DNA of 40,925 nucleotides from Candidatus Woesearchaeota archaeon (GTDB taxonomy: Archaea; Nanobdellota; Nanobdellia; Pacearchaeales; GW2011-AR1), in assembly GCA_964653605.1 (NCBI GenBank), contig CAZZGW010000001.1:67964-108888 (forward strand). Direction: 5' to 3'. Position numbers and translations under genes: made by a program. Position 1 is the first letter of the stretch, and the number at the start of each line of letters is the position of its first letter. The notes under the pieces were generated by a model, which saw only the letters and a program-made list of their open reading frames with translations, was not told where the DNA came from and made no database searches. Positions 8,893-16,354 of the stretch are shown in pieces.

Positions 8893-10140
8893 ATGAAAGG
8901 CGTTTTAGTTATCATTGATGGGATTGGAGATTTACCTAACAAACAACTGGGAGATAAAACTCCTTTGGAGGCAGCAAATACACCAAATCTTGACTTCTTG
9001 GCTGCAAGAGGGGAGTTAGGTTATATGTATCCTGTTAAACCAGGATTTATCCCTGAATCTGACGAAGCATTAGTTTCTATTTTTGGAAATAAATTAATTA
9101 ATAGTACTCGTGGTCAATTAGAAGCTAGAGGAACTGATTTAAATCTTACAAGAGGTGATTTGGCTTTAAGGGCTAATTTTGCAAGCATTGATTCTCTGAA
9201 AGAGGGAAAGATTATTGATAGAAGAGTTGGGAGGACGTTAACAACTGTTGAAGCGCAATCCCTTGCAAAAGCAATTAATAAAATTGAGATGCCAGTAAAG
9301 TTTGATTTTGTCCCCACAGTTCAACATAGGGCAGTCTTAGTTTTCAGAGGAGGATTTTCAGATAATTTTGTTGGAAATGATGCAACTTATTATCAGGGGA
9401 AATCGGAAGAAGTTAGTAAGGTTTTCAAATGTAAGGCGATGGATGATGATGAAAATACTACCTATACTGTAAATATTGTGAATGAGTTTATTGAGAAGGT
9501 TTATGATGTTCTGAAAGAGCATCCAGTTAATATTGAGAGGGTTAAAAGAGGATTGATGCCTGCAAATTATTTAATGTTTAGGGGGCCGGGAATAGAACCT
9601 CCAAAATTAAAAAAGTATAAGAAATGGGTTTCGATAACGTACACTCCCTTGGAGAAGGGATTTGTAAAAACTTGTGAAATGAAAAACACTTCTTTTGAAT
9701 ATCCTCGGTTGAAGGGACTTGATGCTTATGAAAATTTGTGGAAGGGATTGAAGAAAGCTTGCAAGTACTCTATTAAATTTTTGAAAAAGTATAAGAAAAG
9801 TTCAGATTATGCGTTTATACACATTAAGGAAACTGATTATCCTGGGCATGATAATAAACCTTTTGAGAAAAAGTTAATGGTTGAGTATCTCGATATAACG
9901 CTTTTTAAGTTTTTAAGAAAATTTGCCCCTCCGAATAAAATTAAAGTGGTTGTTACGGCAGATCATTCTACTCCCTGTAAGCTTAAAAATCACTCTGCAG
10001 ATCCGGTTCCTGTTTTGCTTTACAAGGGAGAGGAAACAATTCCTAAAGAGCAAAGGTTTTCTGAAAAAGAATGTCGTAAGGGAGTCATGGGAAGAATCCT
10101 TGGAATTGATTTAATTAAGAGTGTTGGATTTAATAAATAG
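8893..10140 (+). CDS. apgM: 2,3-bisphosphoglycerate-independent phosphoglycerate mutase, archaeal type
   Basis: The N-terminus VLVIIDGIGD carries the metal-binding Asp. The C-terminal VVVTADHSTPC motif is present. The 415-aa size and overall pattern match the ApgM family. Confidence 0.8.
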   Translation: MKGVLVIIDGIGDLPNKQLGDKTPLEAANTPNLDFLAARGELGYMYPVKPGFIPESDEALVSIFGNKLINSTRGQLEARGTDLNLTRGDLALRANFASIDSLKEGKIIDRRVGRTLTTVEAQSLAKAINKIEMPVKFDFVPTVQHRAVLVFRGGFSDNFVGNDATYYQGKSEEVSKVFKCKAMDDDENTTYTVNIVNEFIEKVYDVLKEHPVNIERVKRGLMPANYLMFRGPGIEPPKLKKYKKWVSITYTPLEKGFVKTCEMKNTSFEYPRLKGLDAYENLWKGLKKACKYSIKFLKKYKKSSDYAFIHIKETDYPGHDNKPFEKKLMVEYLDITLFKFLRKFAPPNKIKVVVTADHSTPCKLKNHSADPVPVLLYKGEETIPKEQRFSEKECRKGVMGRILGIDLIKSVGFNK

Positions 10141-10143
10141 ATT

Positions 10144-10284
10144 TTATTCCTTAAAAAACCATAATGCTCCGAAAATAATCCCGAAGAATAGAAATGGTTG
10201 CCATCTATTTGACTCTTGAGAAGTAAAAAGTATTGAGATTAAAAGTATTGCAAAGATTGTTCCGAGTATTGCTTTTTGGTCCAT
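10144..10284 (-). CDS. possible small membrane protein (46 aa, not in ORF track)
   Basis: My translation is MDQKAILGTIFAILLISILFTSQESNRWQPFLFFGIIFGALWFFKE, with two hydrophobic segments. It fills the gap directly downstream of the 106-aa ORF. Confidence 0.3.
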   Translation of the reverse strand: MDQKAILGTIFAILLISILFTSQESNRWQPFLFFGIIFGALWFFKE

Positions 10285-10285
10285 T

Positions 10286-10606
10286 TTATATTCCTATTTC
10301 TGTGAGTCTTTTGTCTAGATAATTGTAATGTCCTGTTGATTCTTGTTTATCTCTATAGGCTTCGTGATAGATCATTGCTTTTATTTTTCCTTGTTCTTCG
10401 TCCATAAAATAGCTGTTGACATTTATTACTTTTTGCCCATCTATTCTTGTTATTCTATAGGCGGCTTCAAAAGTTTGGTCTCTTTTTAGTATGACAAGGG
10501 CTTTTATTTGGCAGCCATTAAACTCATGGATTATTTTGTCATCTAATATTATCTCGCGTATGCTTCTGATATTTTCAAGGTTTATTCTCCTAAAACCATT
10601 AATCAT
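10286..10606 (-). CDS. hypothetical protein (106 aa)
   Basis: A non-repetitive ORF. I recognise no family. Confidence 0.45.
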   Translation of the reverse strand: MINGFRRINLENIRSIREIILDDKIIHEFNGCQIKALVILKRDQTFEAAYRITRIDGQKVINVNSYFMDEEQGKIKAMIYHEAYRDKQESTGHYNYLDKRLTEIGI

Positions 10607-10734
10607 CTCTTTTTGAAAACTCTTTTCTTTAAAAAAATTATTGTGCTATGGAAAATTCCTAGTTAAACTAGTATTTAGTTAAAACTAGAAAAGTTAGGGA
10701 TTGCCTGATATTGGGATATTTAATAAAAATAAAA

Positions 10735-11028
10735 TTATCCGAATAGAGCAGACAATCCTTCTGCTGCAGCTTCTTTCTTTTCTTCCTTTGGTTTTGCTTC
10801 TGCTTTCTTTTCTGCAGGAGCACTTGCAGCTCCAGTAGGAGCAGCAGCAACCATGGTGGCGTTTTCTAGTTCTTTGTCTATATCAACGCCGTCTAAACTG
10901 GCAATTAAAGATTTGATTTTTGATTCATCAACTTCAATTCCAGCAGCCGCAACAATACTTTTCACGTTTGCTTCGTTAACTTCTTTTCCTGCTTTGTGCA
11001 GTAAAAGTGTTGCATATATGTTTTCCAT
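10735..11028 (-). CDS. rpl12: 50S ribosomal stalk protein P1 (L12e)
   Basis: The N-terminus [22 protein letters not shown] is followed by an Ala/Lys/Glu hinge. The conserved C-terminal tail EGLSALFG is present. Confidence 0.95.
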   Translation of the reverse strand: MENIYATLLLHKAGKEVNEANVKSIVAAAGIEVDESKIKSLIASLDGVDIDKELENATMVAAAPTGAASAPAEKKAEAKPKEEKKEAAAEGLSALFG

Positions 11029-11068
11029 TTATTTGTTTTCCTCTCCTAAAAAGATGGGAGTTTTAGCA

Positions 11069-11971
11069 TCAACCGAAAAGACTTGCAAGTCCTTCACCCG
11101 CTGGTGCTTTTGGTTCCTCCTTTTTTTCTTCTTTTGGAGCTTTAGTTTCTTCTGCAGCAGGAGCTGCTTCTGCAACTGGTTCTGGTTCTCCAGTCATTAT
11201 TCTATTTATCTTGCTTGCTTGAGCACTAGCTTTACCAATCATAACTTTAACAGTGTCTTTTGAAATATAACCAATTAAAACAGCAAAAGGCAAGGCTTTT
11301 CCAGCAGCATATTTTAAGTCTGCAAGAGTTCCTTCCCTATCTATTTTTATTTCTGAATAAAATTTATTCTCTTGAGTATCAAAAGCGCATAACGGTAAGA
11401 AACCAATTTTGAATGGTTTAATATCTAATTTTGTCATTAAGTTTGTTGCACCTTGAGAAATTTTTTTACCTTCTTCTGCAATAACCTTCGATTCTTTAAT
11501 TGTTATTTTTCCGTTTTCGATTTGAATTTGAATTCCTAGTGCCCCTAATTCTGAGATTGCAGGACCTGGAATTAATTCTGTTGGACCTTCTGGAACTTCA
11601 ATATCCCTTGGTGCTTCTTGGCCTACTTTTGCTCTTGCTGGGCTTTGATTTTTTAATAAAACCCCCGATAATTCAAATGCATCTAAATCAGAGAATAAAA
11701 TTGCAAAAGCATCATCAATCTTTTCTTTTAATTTTTCTACTTGTTCTTTTGATTGTGAATCGCTTGAGTCTAATGCTCTAAAGATTAAATTTTTCTTTGG
11801 GACTTTAACAATAGCCTTTCCTCTAAGCTTCTTAACAATTTCTTGAAATTGTCCTCCAGGGATTCCTTTTATTGAGGCAATTAAAATTGTTTTTTTAGTT
11901 TTAACTAAACCGGATAATTCTTTTACTGTTTGTTTTTTTAGTTCTGAAACTTGTGCTTTTGGGTTTGCCAT
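11069..11971 (-). CDS. rpl10: 50S ribosomal protein uL10 (P0)
   Basis: The sequence is P0-like, with an Ala/Glu/Lys hinge and the stalk tail GEGLASLFG. It sits between uL1 and P1, as in archaeal stalk operons. Confidence 0.95.
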   Translation of the reverse strand: MANPKAQVSELKKQTVKELSGLVKTKKTILIASIKGIPGGQFQEIVKKLRGKAIVKVPKKNLIFRALDSSDSQSKEQVEKLKEKIDDAFAILFSDLDAFELSGVLLKNQSPARAKVGQEAPRDIEVPEGPTELIPGPAISELGALGIQIQIENGKITIKESKVIAEEGKKISQGATNLMTKLDIKPFKIGFLPLCAFDTQENKFYSEIKIDREGTLADLKYAAGKALPFAVLIGYISKDTVKVMIGKASAQASKINRIMTGEPEPVAEAAPAAEETKAPKEEKKEEPKAPAGEGLASLFG

Positions 11972-11972
11972 T

Positions 11973-12602
11973 TTATTTTACCTTTATTTTAACTGGTTTA
12001 GTCATTGTGAATTTTAATTCTATATTTTTTATGTTTTCTTTATCTCTTGGGAATTCTTTTATCAAAGTAGCGTAAATTGAGTGTATGTTTTCTATAATAT
12101 CTTCATCTTTCATGCTTTGTTTTCCTATTGGAAGTTTGATGCTTGCTTCTTTCACTTTTATCTTTATGCTATTGTTAATTTTTTGTTTTAATTCGGCAAT
12201 TGCTTTATCATCTGCATTCATAATTATTCCTAATTGTGGAGAAGGCATTTTTCCTGCAGGTCCTAGGATTCTACCGAATGTTGAAGCAACTTTTGGCATC
12301 ACACTTGCTTGTGCAATGAAAAAGTCATATTTTGCCACTATTTTTTTAAGAAGTTTTTTATCATTGTACTTTTTAAATTCGTTAGGAGTAATCGTATCTA
12401 CGTTTTTATTTTCTACTTCTAAGAATCCTGCTATTTTCTTTTCTTTAACTTTATGTGGGATATTCACAACAACGTTAATATTTGTTCTTTTTAGATCTAA
12501 TTTTTGTAAATTTACAATTAGATCTACAGTTTGGTCAAATTTTCTTTCTTTTGACTTTCTTAACTCTTCAAGAGCTTTTTTTAATTGTTCATCAAATTCC
12601 AT
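11973..12602 (-). CDS. rpl1: 50S ribosomal protein uL1
   Basis: The sequence is uL1-like (RKFDQTVDLIVNL..., GRILGPAGKMPSP). It lies 1 nt upstream of uL10. Confidence 0.9.
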   Translation of the reverse strand: MEFDEQLKKALEELRKSKERKFDQTVDLIVNLQKLDLKRTNINVVVNIPHKVKEKKIAGFLEVENKNVDTITPNEFKKYNDKKLLKKIVAKYDFFIAQASVMPKVASTFGRILGPAGKMPSPQLGIIMNADDKAIAELKQKINNSIKIKVKEASIKLPIGKQSMKDEDIIENIHSIYATLIKEFPRDKENIKNIELKFTMTKPVKIKVK

Positions 12603-12773
12603 TTGAATTTTTTCCTTTGTAGGTCTCCCAAATTATGCATCTTTGGACATAGATAATATTCCAAAGCGATATGGTTCAAACGACTTAGTTTTTTGAGAGA
12701 TTTTTGGTATTTAAAGGTTTTGATTGCACTTTACTATAGATATTCTTAAAAATAAAAGGGGGCATGAGTTTTA

Positions 12774-13115
12774 ATGATGGGAGAGGAAAAAGGACGAAAA
12801 GTAAGATATTTTCATGTTCAGGATTTAAATGATCTGGAGAATTCTTCAAAGTATTCTGGATTTGTTTTTAGAGTCAATGAATTAAAGGGGGATTTGGAGA
12901 ATTTGAGTGGGTCTAATATGGTTCTTAAAGAGGCAAATTTTCAATTTTCTAGGGAAGGGTATGTGGTAGATTCTTCCAAATATTCAATTGAAGAAATTAA
13001 TAAGGCTAAGGCAATGTTTATTGTGGCTGAGCAAGACCAAGAGGGGAAATTATGGCCGAATTATCTTAAAAAAATGGCAAGCGTTTTAAATATTCCTTTG
13101 GAGGGAAGAGTTTAG
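12774..13115 (+). CDS. hypothetical protein (113 aa)
   Basis: The ORF has a purine-rich AAGGGGG stretch upstream. I recognise no family. Confidence 0.45.
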   Translation: MMGEEKGRKVRYFHVQDLNDLENSSKYSGFVFRVNELKGDLENLSGSNMVLKEANFQFSREGYVVDSSKYSIEEINKAKAMFIVAEQDQEGKLWPNYLKKMASVLNIPLEGRV

Positions 13116-13116
13116 A

Positions 13117-13467
13117 ATGGAACTCATAGCACTTTTATCTTCGGGAAAAGGAACTTGGGCACAGGTTTCAGGTTTAATGGCCCATGGAGAATGGGATAAG
13201 GTAATTGTTTTAGGAGAGGATTTTGCAAAATCTTTTAGCCACCCTAAAGAATTTGAATTTATTAAGGTGGATATGAGTAAGAAAATAAAAGATTTAAGAG
13301 AAGAATTTACAAAAAAATTGCAAGGGAAGATTAATGGAACGGAAGTCGCATTAAGTATTGCTTCTGGAGATGGAAAAGAACATATGTCTTTAATTTCCGC
13401 CTTATTAGGGTTGCCTGTGGGGATAAGATTTGCGGCTTTAACTAAGGACGGAGTTATTGATTTGTAA
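13117..13467 (+). CDS. hypothetical protein (116 aa)
   Basis: It starts 1 nt after the preceding stop codon, which suggests coupling. It has a small alpha/beta-like pattern (LLSSGKGTW...) but I recognise no family. Confidence 0.45.
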   Translation: MELIALLSSGKGTWAQVSGLMAHGEWDKVIVLGEDFAKSFSHPKEFEFIKVDMSKKIKDLREEFTKKLQGKINGTEVALSIASGDGKEHMSLISALLGLPVGIRFAALTKDGVIDL

Positions 13468-13519
13468 CTATTCTTTAAATTATAATAATGGTTAAAAAGA
13501 GGGTTTTGTTGGGATTTTT

Positions 13520-14074
13520 ATGATATCTTATAATGATATATATGAAGCTGCTAGGAAAGAGAGGTATTCTGAGCAATTACAACCTCTTCAGAAGAATTTC
13601 ATAGGGGAGGTTTCAAAATATCTTAAAGAGAAGAAGGAACTTGTAGCTAGTGAAGGAGAGTTTTCTGATAATGTTCTAAAGGTTAAGAAGCAATTGGAGA
13701 ACGCAATTACTTTGTTTAAAGAACTAATAATAAGGAGAAGAAAAAAAATTCTTAATTTAGTTTTGATCGCAACAGAAACAGGAATATCTAAACAAGATTT
13801 TGAAAACATGTTAGCTATTGAAAAAGATTTATTTGAGGAATTAATGAGGTGTACAGATAGTTCTGATAAAAAGTTAAATGGGTTGTTGAGCCAGGGGACT
13901 GGGGAACCGGAACAGAGAAATGAGATGGTTGTTTTTTTAGGAAGCGTTGGAGAGTTTGTTGGAATGGATGGGGAAATGATGGGTCCTTTTGATAAAGGAC
14001 AAATTGCAAATTTGCCTAAGGAAGTTGTTAAGATTTTAGTTGATGGAAAAAAAGTTGAAATTATTGAGAAGTAA
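13520..14074 (+). CDS. gins51: GINS complex subunit Gins51 (Sld5/Psf1-like)
   Basis: The N-terminal A domain YEAARKERYSEQLQPLQKNFIGEVSKYL resembles archaeal Gins51 (ER.S..LQPLP.DFY). The C-terminal B domain VVFLGSVGEFVGMDGEMMGPFDKGQIANLPKEVVKILVDGKKVEII is present. Confidence 0.7.
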   Translation: MISYNDIYEAARKERYSEQLQPLQKNFIGEVSKYLKEKKELVASEGEFSDNVLKVKKQLENAITLFKELIIRRRKKILNLVLIATETGISKQDFENMLAIEKDLFEELMRCTDSSDKKLNGLLSQGTGEPEQRNEMVVFLGSVGEFVGMDGEMMGPFDKGQIANLPKEVVKILVDGKKVEIIEK

Positions 14075-14105
14075 GATTTATTAATCCGTGTTTCTTTTAT
14101 TTTTT

Positions 14106-14327
14106 ATGGTAAAGCATCCATTAAGTTCAATAATCGTTGGAATTATTTTAATAGTATTAGGTGTTGTTTTAATAATGGTCCCTGTGGTTTCTAAATCTGA
14201 AGGTATGTTTGTATCTTTAATTTATGGTATTCCTTCATTGGTTATAGGAATTGTTTTATTGATGTGGAAGAAAGAAGATAATATTGAACAAAGAAAAGAT
14301 AGGATTGTGAAAGGAGGGAAAAAATGA
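14106..14327 (+). CDS. small membrane protein (73 aa from ATG 14106; ORF track starts at GTG 14088)
   Basis: It has two hydrophobic helices. Its stop overlaps the start of the YbjQ-like gene (ATGA). Confidence 0.5.
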   Translation: MVKHPLSSIIVGIILIVLGVVLIMVPVVSKSEGMFVSLIYGIPSLVIGIVLLMWKKEDNIEQRKDRIVKGGKK

Positions 14328-14650
14328 GTAAAGAAATTATTGTTCTTACAACTGATAAAATTCCTGGGAAGGAAATTAAGGAAGTTTTAGGGGTTGTAAA
14401 AGGAAATACTGTTCGAGCCAGAAATATTGGAAGAGATATTGGGGCTGGATTTAAGAGCATGGTTGGTGGCGAAGTTAAGACTTACACAGATATGACAACA
14501 CAGGCTCGTGAAGAGGCTTTTAATAGGATGATTAATGCTGCTATTGAAATGAATGCAGATGCGGTTATTGGATTTAGATTTATGACTTCAATGATTATGC
14601 AGGGTGCTTCGGAAATGTTGGCTTACGGGACTGCTGTTAAGTTAAAATAA
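14324..14650 (+). CDS. YbjQ/UPF0145 (DUF74) family protein
   Basis: The full-length signature is present: IIVLTTDKIPGKEIKEVLGVVKGNTVRARNIGRDIGAGFKSMVGGE...AVIGFRF...AYGTAVKL. Confidence 0.85.
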   Translation: MSKEIIVLTTDKIPGKEIKEVLGVVKGNTVRARNIGRDIGAGFKSMVGGEVKTYTDMTTQAREEAFNRMINAAIEMNADAVIGFRFMTSMIMQGASEMLAYGTAVKLK

Positions 14651-14662
14651 ATAATATAAGAG

Positions 14663-14734
14663 AGCCTGTGGAGGGATTCAAACCCCCGACCTACTGCTTA
14701 CAAGGCAGCCGCTCTATCACTGAGCTACACAGGC
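14663..14734 (-). tRNA. tRNA-Thr(UGU): tRNA-Thr (anticodon UGU)
   Basis: Hand-folded. Acceptor is GCCTGTG/CACAGGC. D arm is GCTC-AGTGATA-GAGC. Anticodon stem is GCTGC/GCAGT with loop CTTGTAA. T arm is GGGGG-TTTGAAT-CCCTC. Discriminator is U. Confidence 0.85.
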
Positions 14735-14767
14735 ATAGGTTTCTGAGAATTATTTAGTTTAAAAGAT

Positions 14768-15406
14768 TTATTCTTTTTGAGAATCTTCTTTGGTTTCTTC
14801 TTTTTTGTCTTCTTCAGGGGCTTTTTCTTCTTTCTTAGCTTCCTTTGGTTCTTTAGCTTCCTTTTTAGTTTCAATTTCTTTCATTATCTTTAGGCTTCTT
14901 ATTTCGCATAGAGATAATGGGTAAATTTTCTTTAGTTTCATACTAAGTGTTTTTTGTAGTCTATTTCTTAGTATTTCTTCAAAAATTTCTTCAGATGTTT
15001 TTGTTTTGAAGTAATTGATTAATTCTTCCTTCGCATTTTTACGAACGGCGTTCTTAACGGCCCTTGATACTTTTCTTCTAGTAATTATAAAAGGTTTAAC
15101 GTGCATTTCAGCATCTTTACATTCTACTACAAAAGAATCTTCTACATAGTCTGTTCCTTTTCTAACCATTCTTCTCAAATAGTATGGCATTAATTTTATC
15201 TCTTTTGGAATAGATATTGCTTTGTCGTCTTTAACTTTAACTTTAAAGTTCATCAAAATGCTTTTTCCTTTAAGAATTCTTGTTAGGTCGTATTTTATTT
15301 CTCTTCCTTCTAATTCTGAAATATTCATTGCTTGAAGCTGGGTGTCTCTATTAATTATAGACATTTCCACATCAAAAAACTTTTTTTTCTTTTTTGCTAT
15401 TGCCAT
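14768..15406 (-). CDS. rps3ae: 30S ribosomal protein eS1 (S3Ae)
   Basis: The N-terminus is KKKKKFFDVEM... and the sequence looks like S3Ae throughout. The SD GGAGGTG lies 7 nt upstream of the ATG. The C-terminal tail is K/E-rich. Confidence 0.85.
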   Translation of the reverse strand: MAIAKKKKKFFDVEMSIINRDTQLQAMNISELEGREIKYDLTRILKGKSILMNFKVKVKDDKAISIPKEIKLMPYYLRRMVRKGTDYVEDSFVVECKDAEMHVKPFIITRRKVSRAVKNAVRKNAKEELINYFKTKTSEEIFEEILRNRLQKTLSMKLKKIYPLSLCEIRSLKIMKEIETKKEAKEPKEAKKEEKAPEEDKKEETKEDSQKE

Positions 15407-15407
15407 T

Positions 15408-15471
15408 AAAAGACACCTCCCGCTGCGCGGGTTTCTTTTGAGATTCCCTTGATTTTGTACTTAAGGTTAAT
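15408..15471 (-). promoter_or_regulatory. copy A of a repeated promoter/5'-leader element (upstream of rps3ae)
   Basis: In the sense (minus) orientation it reads ATTAACCTTAAGTACAAAATCAAGGGAATCTCAAAAGAAACCCGCGCAGCGGGAGGTGTCTTTTA, followed by ATG. It aligns with two tandem copies upstream of tRNA-Val at 16299-16400. CTTAAGTA resembles a TATA box. Confidence 0.5.
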
Positions 15472-15478
15472 TTTCATT

Positions 15479-15793
15479 TTATTCTTGTAGTTGTTTACCC
15501 GCTCTAATGCCACTTTTTTGGTATTTAGATTTATTGCATACCTTGCAAGTGTACATTATGTTTGTTTTTTTAGTTGTTTTTGATTTTCTTTTGTGTTTTG
15601 CCTGTGCTGGTTTAGATCCCCATTTTCCTTTGTTTCCAATACCCACACCTAATCCTCTTAGTTTTGCTCTTGCTCTTCCTCCACCTCTTGTCATTACTCC
15701 TCTTGAGAATCCTGTTCCTACTAATTTGATTTTTTGTTCAGTCTTTTTTTTACAACTTGGACAATATCTTTTTGTTGTTTTTGGAATCTTCAT
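15479..15793 (-). CDS. rpl44e: 50S ribosomal protein eL42 (L44e); start taken at internal Met of the 134-aa ORF
   Basis: MKIPKTTKRYCPSCKKKTEQKIK...YTCKVCNKS carries the CxxC...CxxC zinc ribbon and the basic composition of L44e. The 104-aa length fits the family. The 30 upstream codons overlap the divergent promoter region. Confidence 0.85.
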   Translation of the reverse strand: MKIPKTTKRYCPSCKKKTEQKIKLVGTGFSRGVMTRGGGRARAKLRGLGVGIGNKGKWGSKPAQAKHKRKSKTTKKTNIMYTCKVCNKSKYQKSGIRAGKQLQE

Positions 15794-15853
15794 AGTTTTA
15801 CTCTGGGAGATTGGTTTATAAAGTTTTTTATAGCATGGTCCCGCAGTTATTTC

Positions 15854-16129
15854 ATGAGAATTAGGTTTCAAAAGGGAAAACAAAGGGAATTTTTAAAATT
15901 AGTTTTGGAAAAAGTTAATGCTCCTTCTTTAAGGGAACTAATTAATAGAGGAATTGGTGTTAATTATTCTACTTTAAAGAATTATTTTAATGAAGAAAGA
16001 AATCTTCCCGAGAGTCTTTTTGATGAATTAATTGGATTGGGGGGGTTTGATAGGGGAGAATTTTCTTTTGAGGTCTTTGAAGATAGTTGGGGGCAGGTTA
16101 TTGGGGGAGAAAAATCTAGGAAAAATTAA
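15854..16129 (+). CDS. hypothetical small protein (91 aa from ATG 15854)
   Basis: The sequence is MRIRFQKGKQREFLKLVLEKVNAPSLRELINRGIGVNYSTLKNYF..., which may be HTH-like. The upstream part of the tracked ORF is antisense to rpl44e and is discounted. Confidence 0.4.
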   Translation: MRIRFQKGKQREFLKLVLEKVNAPSLRELINRGIGVNYSTLKNYFNEERNLPESLFDELIGLGGFDRGEFSFEVFEDSWGQVIGGEKSRKN

Positions 16130-16205
16130 TGGTCCTGCCAGGAATCGGGCTTCACAGAAAAACTGAAGTTCAGCCTAACACCTGAACATTGGAAAGTTCA
16201 GGCAC
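16130..16205 (-). pseudogene. decayed tandem copy of tRNA-Val (tRNA-like remnant)
   Basis: The last 16 nt (ATTCCTGGCAGGACCA) are identical to the 3' end of the adjacent tRNA. It also retains TCCAATG (D-loop-like) and CTGAACTT (versus anticodon loop CTGACTT). The acceptor (GTGCCTG versus GGTCCTG), T stem and anticodon stem no longer pair. Confidence 0.45.
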
Positions 16206-16224
16206 TAAACAAGTTCGATTAAAA

Positions 16225-16296
16225 TGGTCCTGCCAGGAATTGAACCTGGATTTTATCCAAGTCAGGGATACGTCTTAGCCATTGGACTACAGGACC
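16225..16296 (-). tRNA. tRNA-Val(GAC): tRNA-Val (anticodon GAC), unusual U at position 37
   Basis: Hand-folded. Acceptor is GGTCCTG/CAGGACC. Anticodon stem is TATCC/GGATA with loop CTGACTT. T arm is CCAGG-TTCAATT-CCTGG. Discriminator is A and the gene is followed by TTTT. Confidence 0.75.
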
Positions 16297-16298
16297 AT

Positions 16299-16354
16299 AA
16301 AAGACACCTAACGGTTTCTTTTGAACTTCCCTTAGGATTGTACTTAGGGTTAAT
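16299..16354 (-). promoter_or_regulatory. copy B1 of the repeated promoter/leader element (proximal to tRNA-Val)
   Basis: In the sense orientation it reads ATTAACCCTAAGTACAATCCTAAGGGAAGTTCAAAAGAAACCGTTAGGTGTCTTTTAT and then the tRNA begins. It is nearly identical to copy A, including the AGGTGTCTTTTA leader end. Confidence 0.5.

Noticed and set aside
10668-10850. A 60-aa minus-strand ORF overlaps the 3' end of the P1 gene in another frame.
   Set aside because: It is an out-of-frame reading of the Lys/Glu/Ala-rich P1 tail. The P1 frame is unambiguous because of the EGLSALFG terminus.
12085-12606. A 173-aa plus-strand ORF lies antisense to the uL1 gene.
   Set aside because: It is Phe/Ser/Ile-rich and low complexity, typical of the antisense frame of a Lys/Glu-rich AT-rich gene. 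The opposite strand encodes a clearly conserved ribosomal protein.
15734-15853. The first 40 codons of the 131-aa plus-strand ORF.
   Set aside because: They are antisense to rpl44e and hydrophobic low-complexity. The ATG at 15854 gives a cleaner protein, though that call is still only moderately supported.
15794-15883. A 30-codon N-terminal extension is present on the L44e ORF in the track (134 aa).
   Set aside because: The L44e family starts at MKIPK...CPSC and is about 95-105 aa. The extension overlaps the divergent promoter region and the 5' end of the opposite-strand ORF.
16130-16240. The direct repeat of the tRNA 3' end was considered as att sites of an integrated mobile element.
   Set aside because: Only 79 nt lie between the repeats, and that segment itself resembles the tRNA. 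No integrase or other cargo is present. A decayed tandem duplication explains it better, although an excision scar cannot be fully excluded.
16131-16297. A possible long intron-containing or split tRNA on the plus strand, using GGTCCTG (16131) and CAGGACC (16290) as the acceptor stem.
   Set aside because: No D arm, anticodon arm or T arm can be formed on the plus strand. The complementarity is a trivial consequence of the duplicated minus-strand tRNA end.
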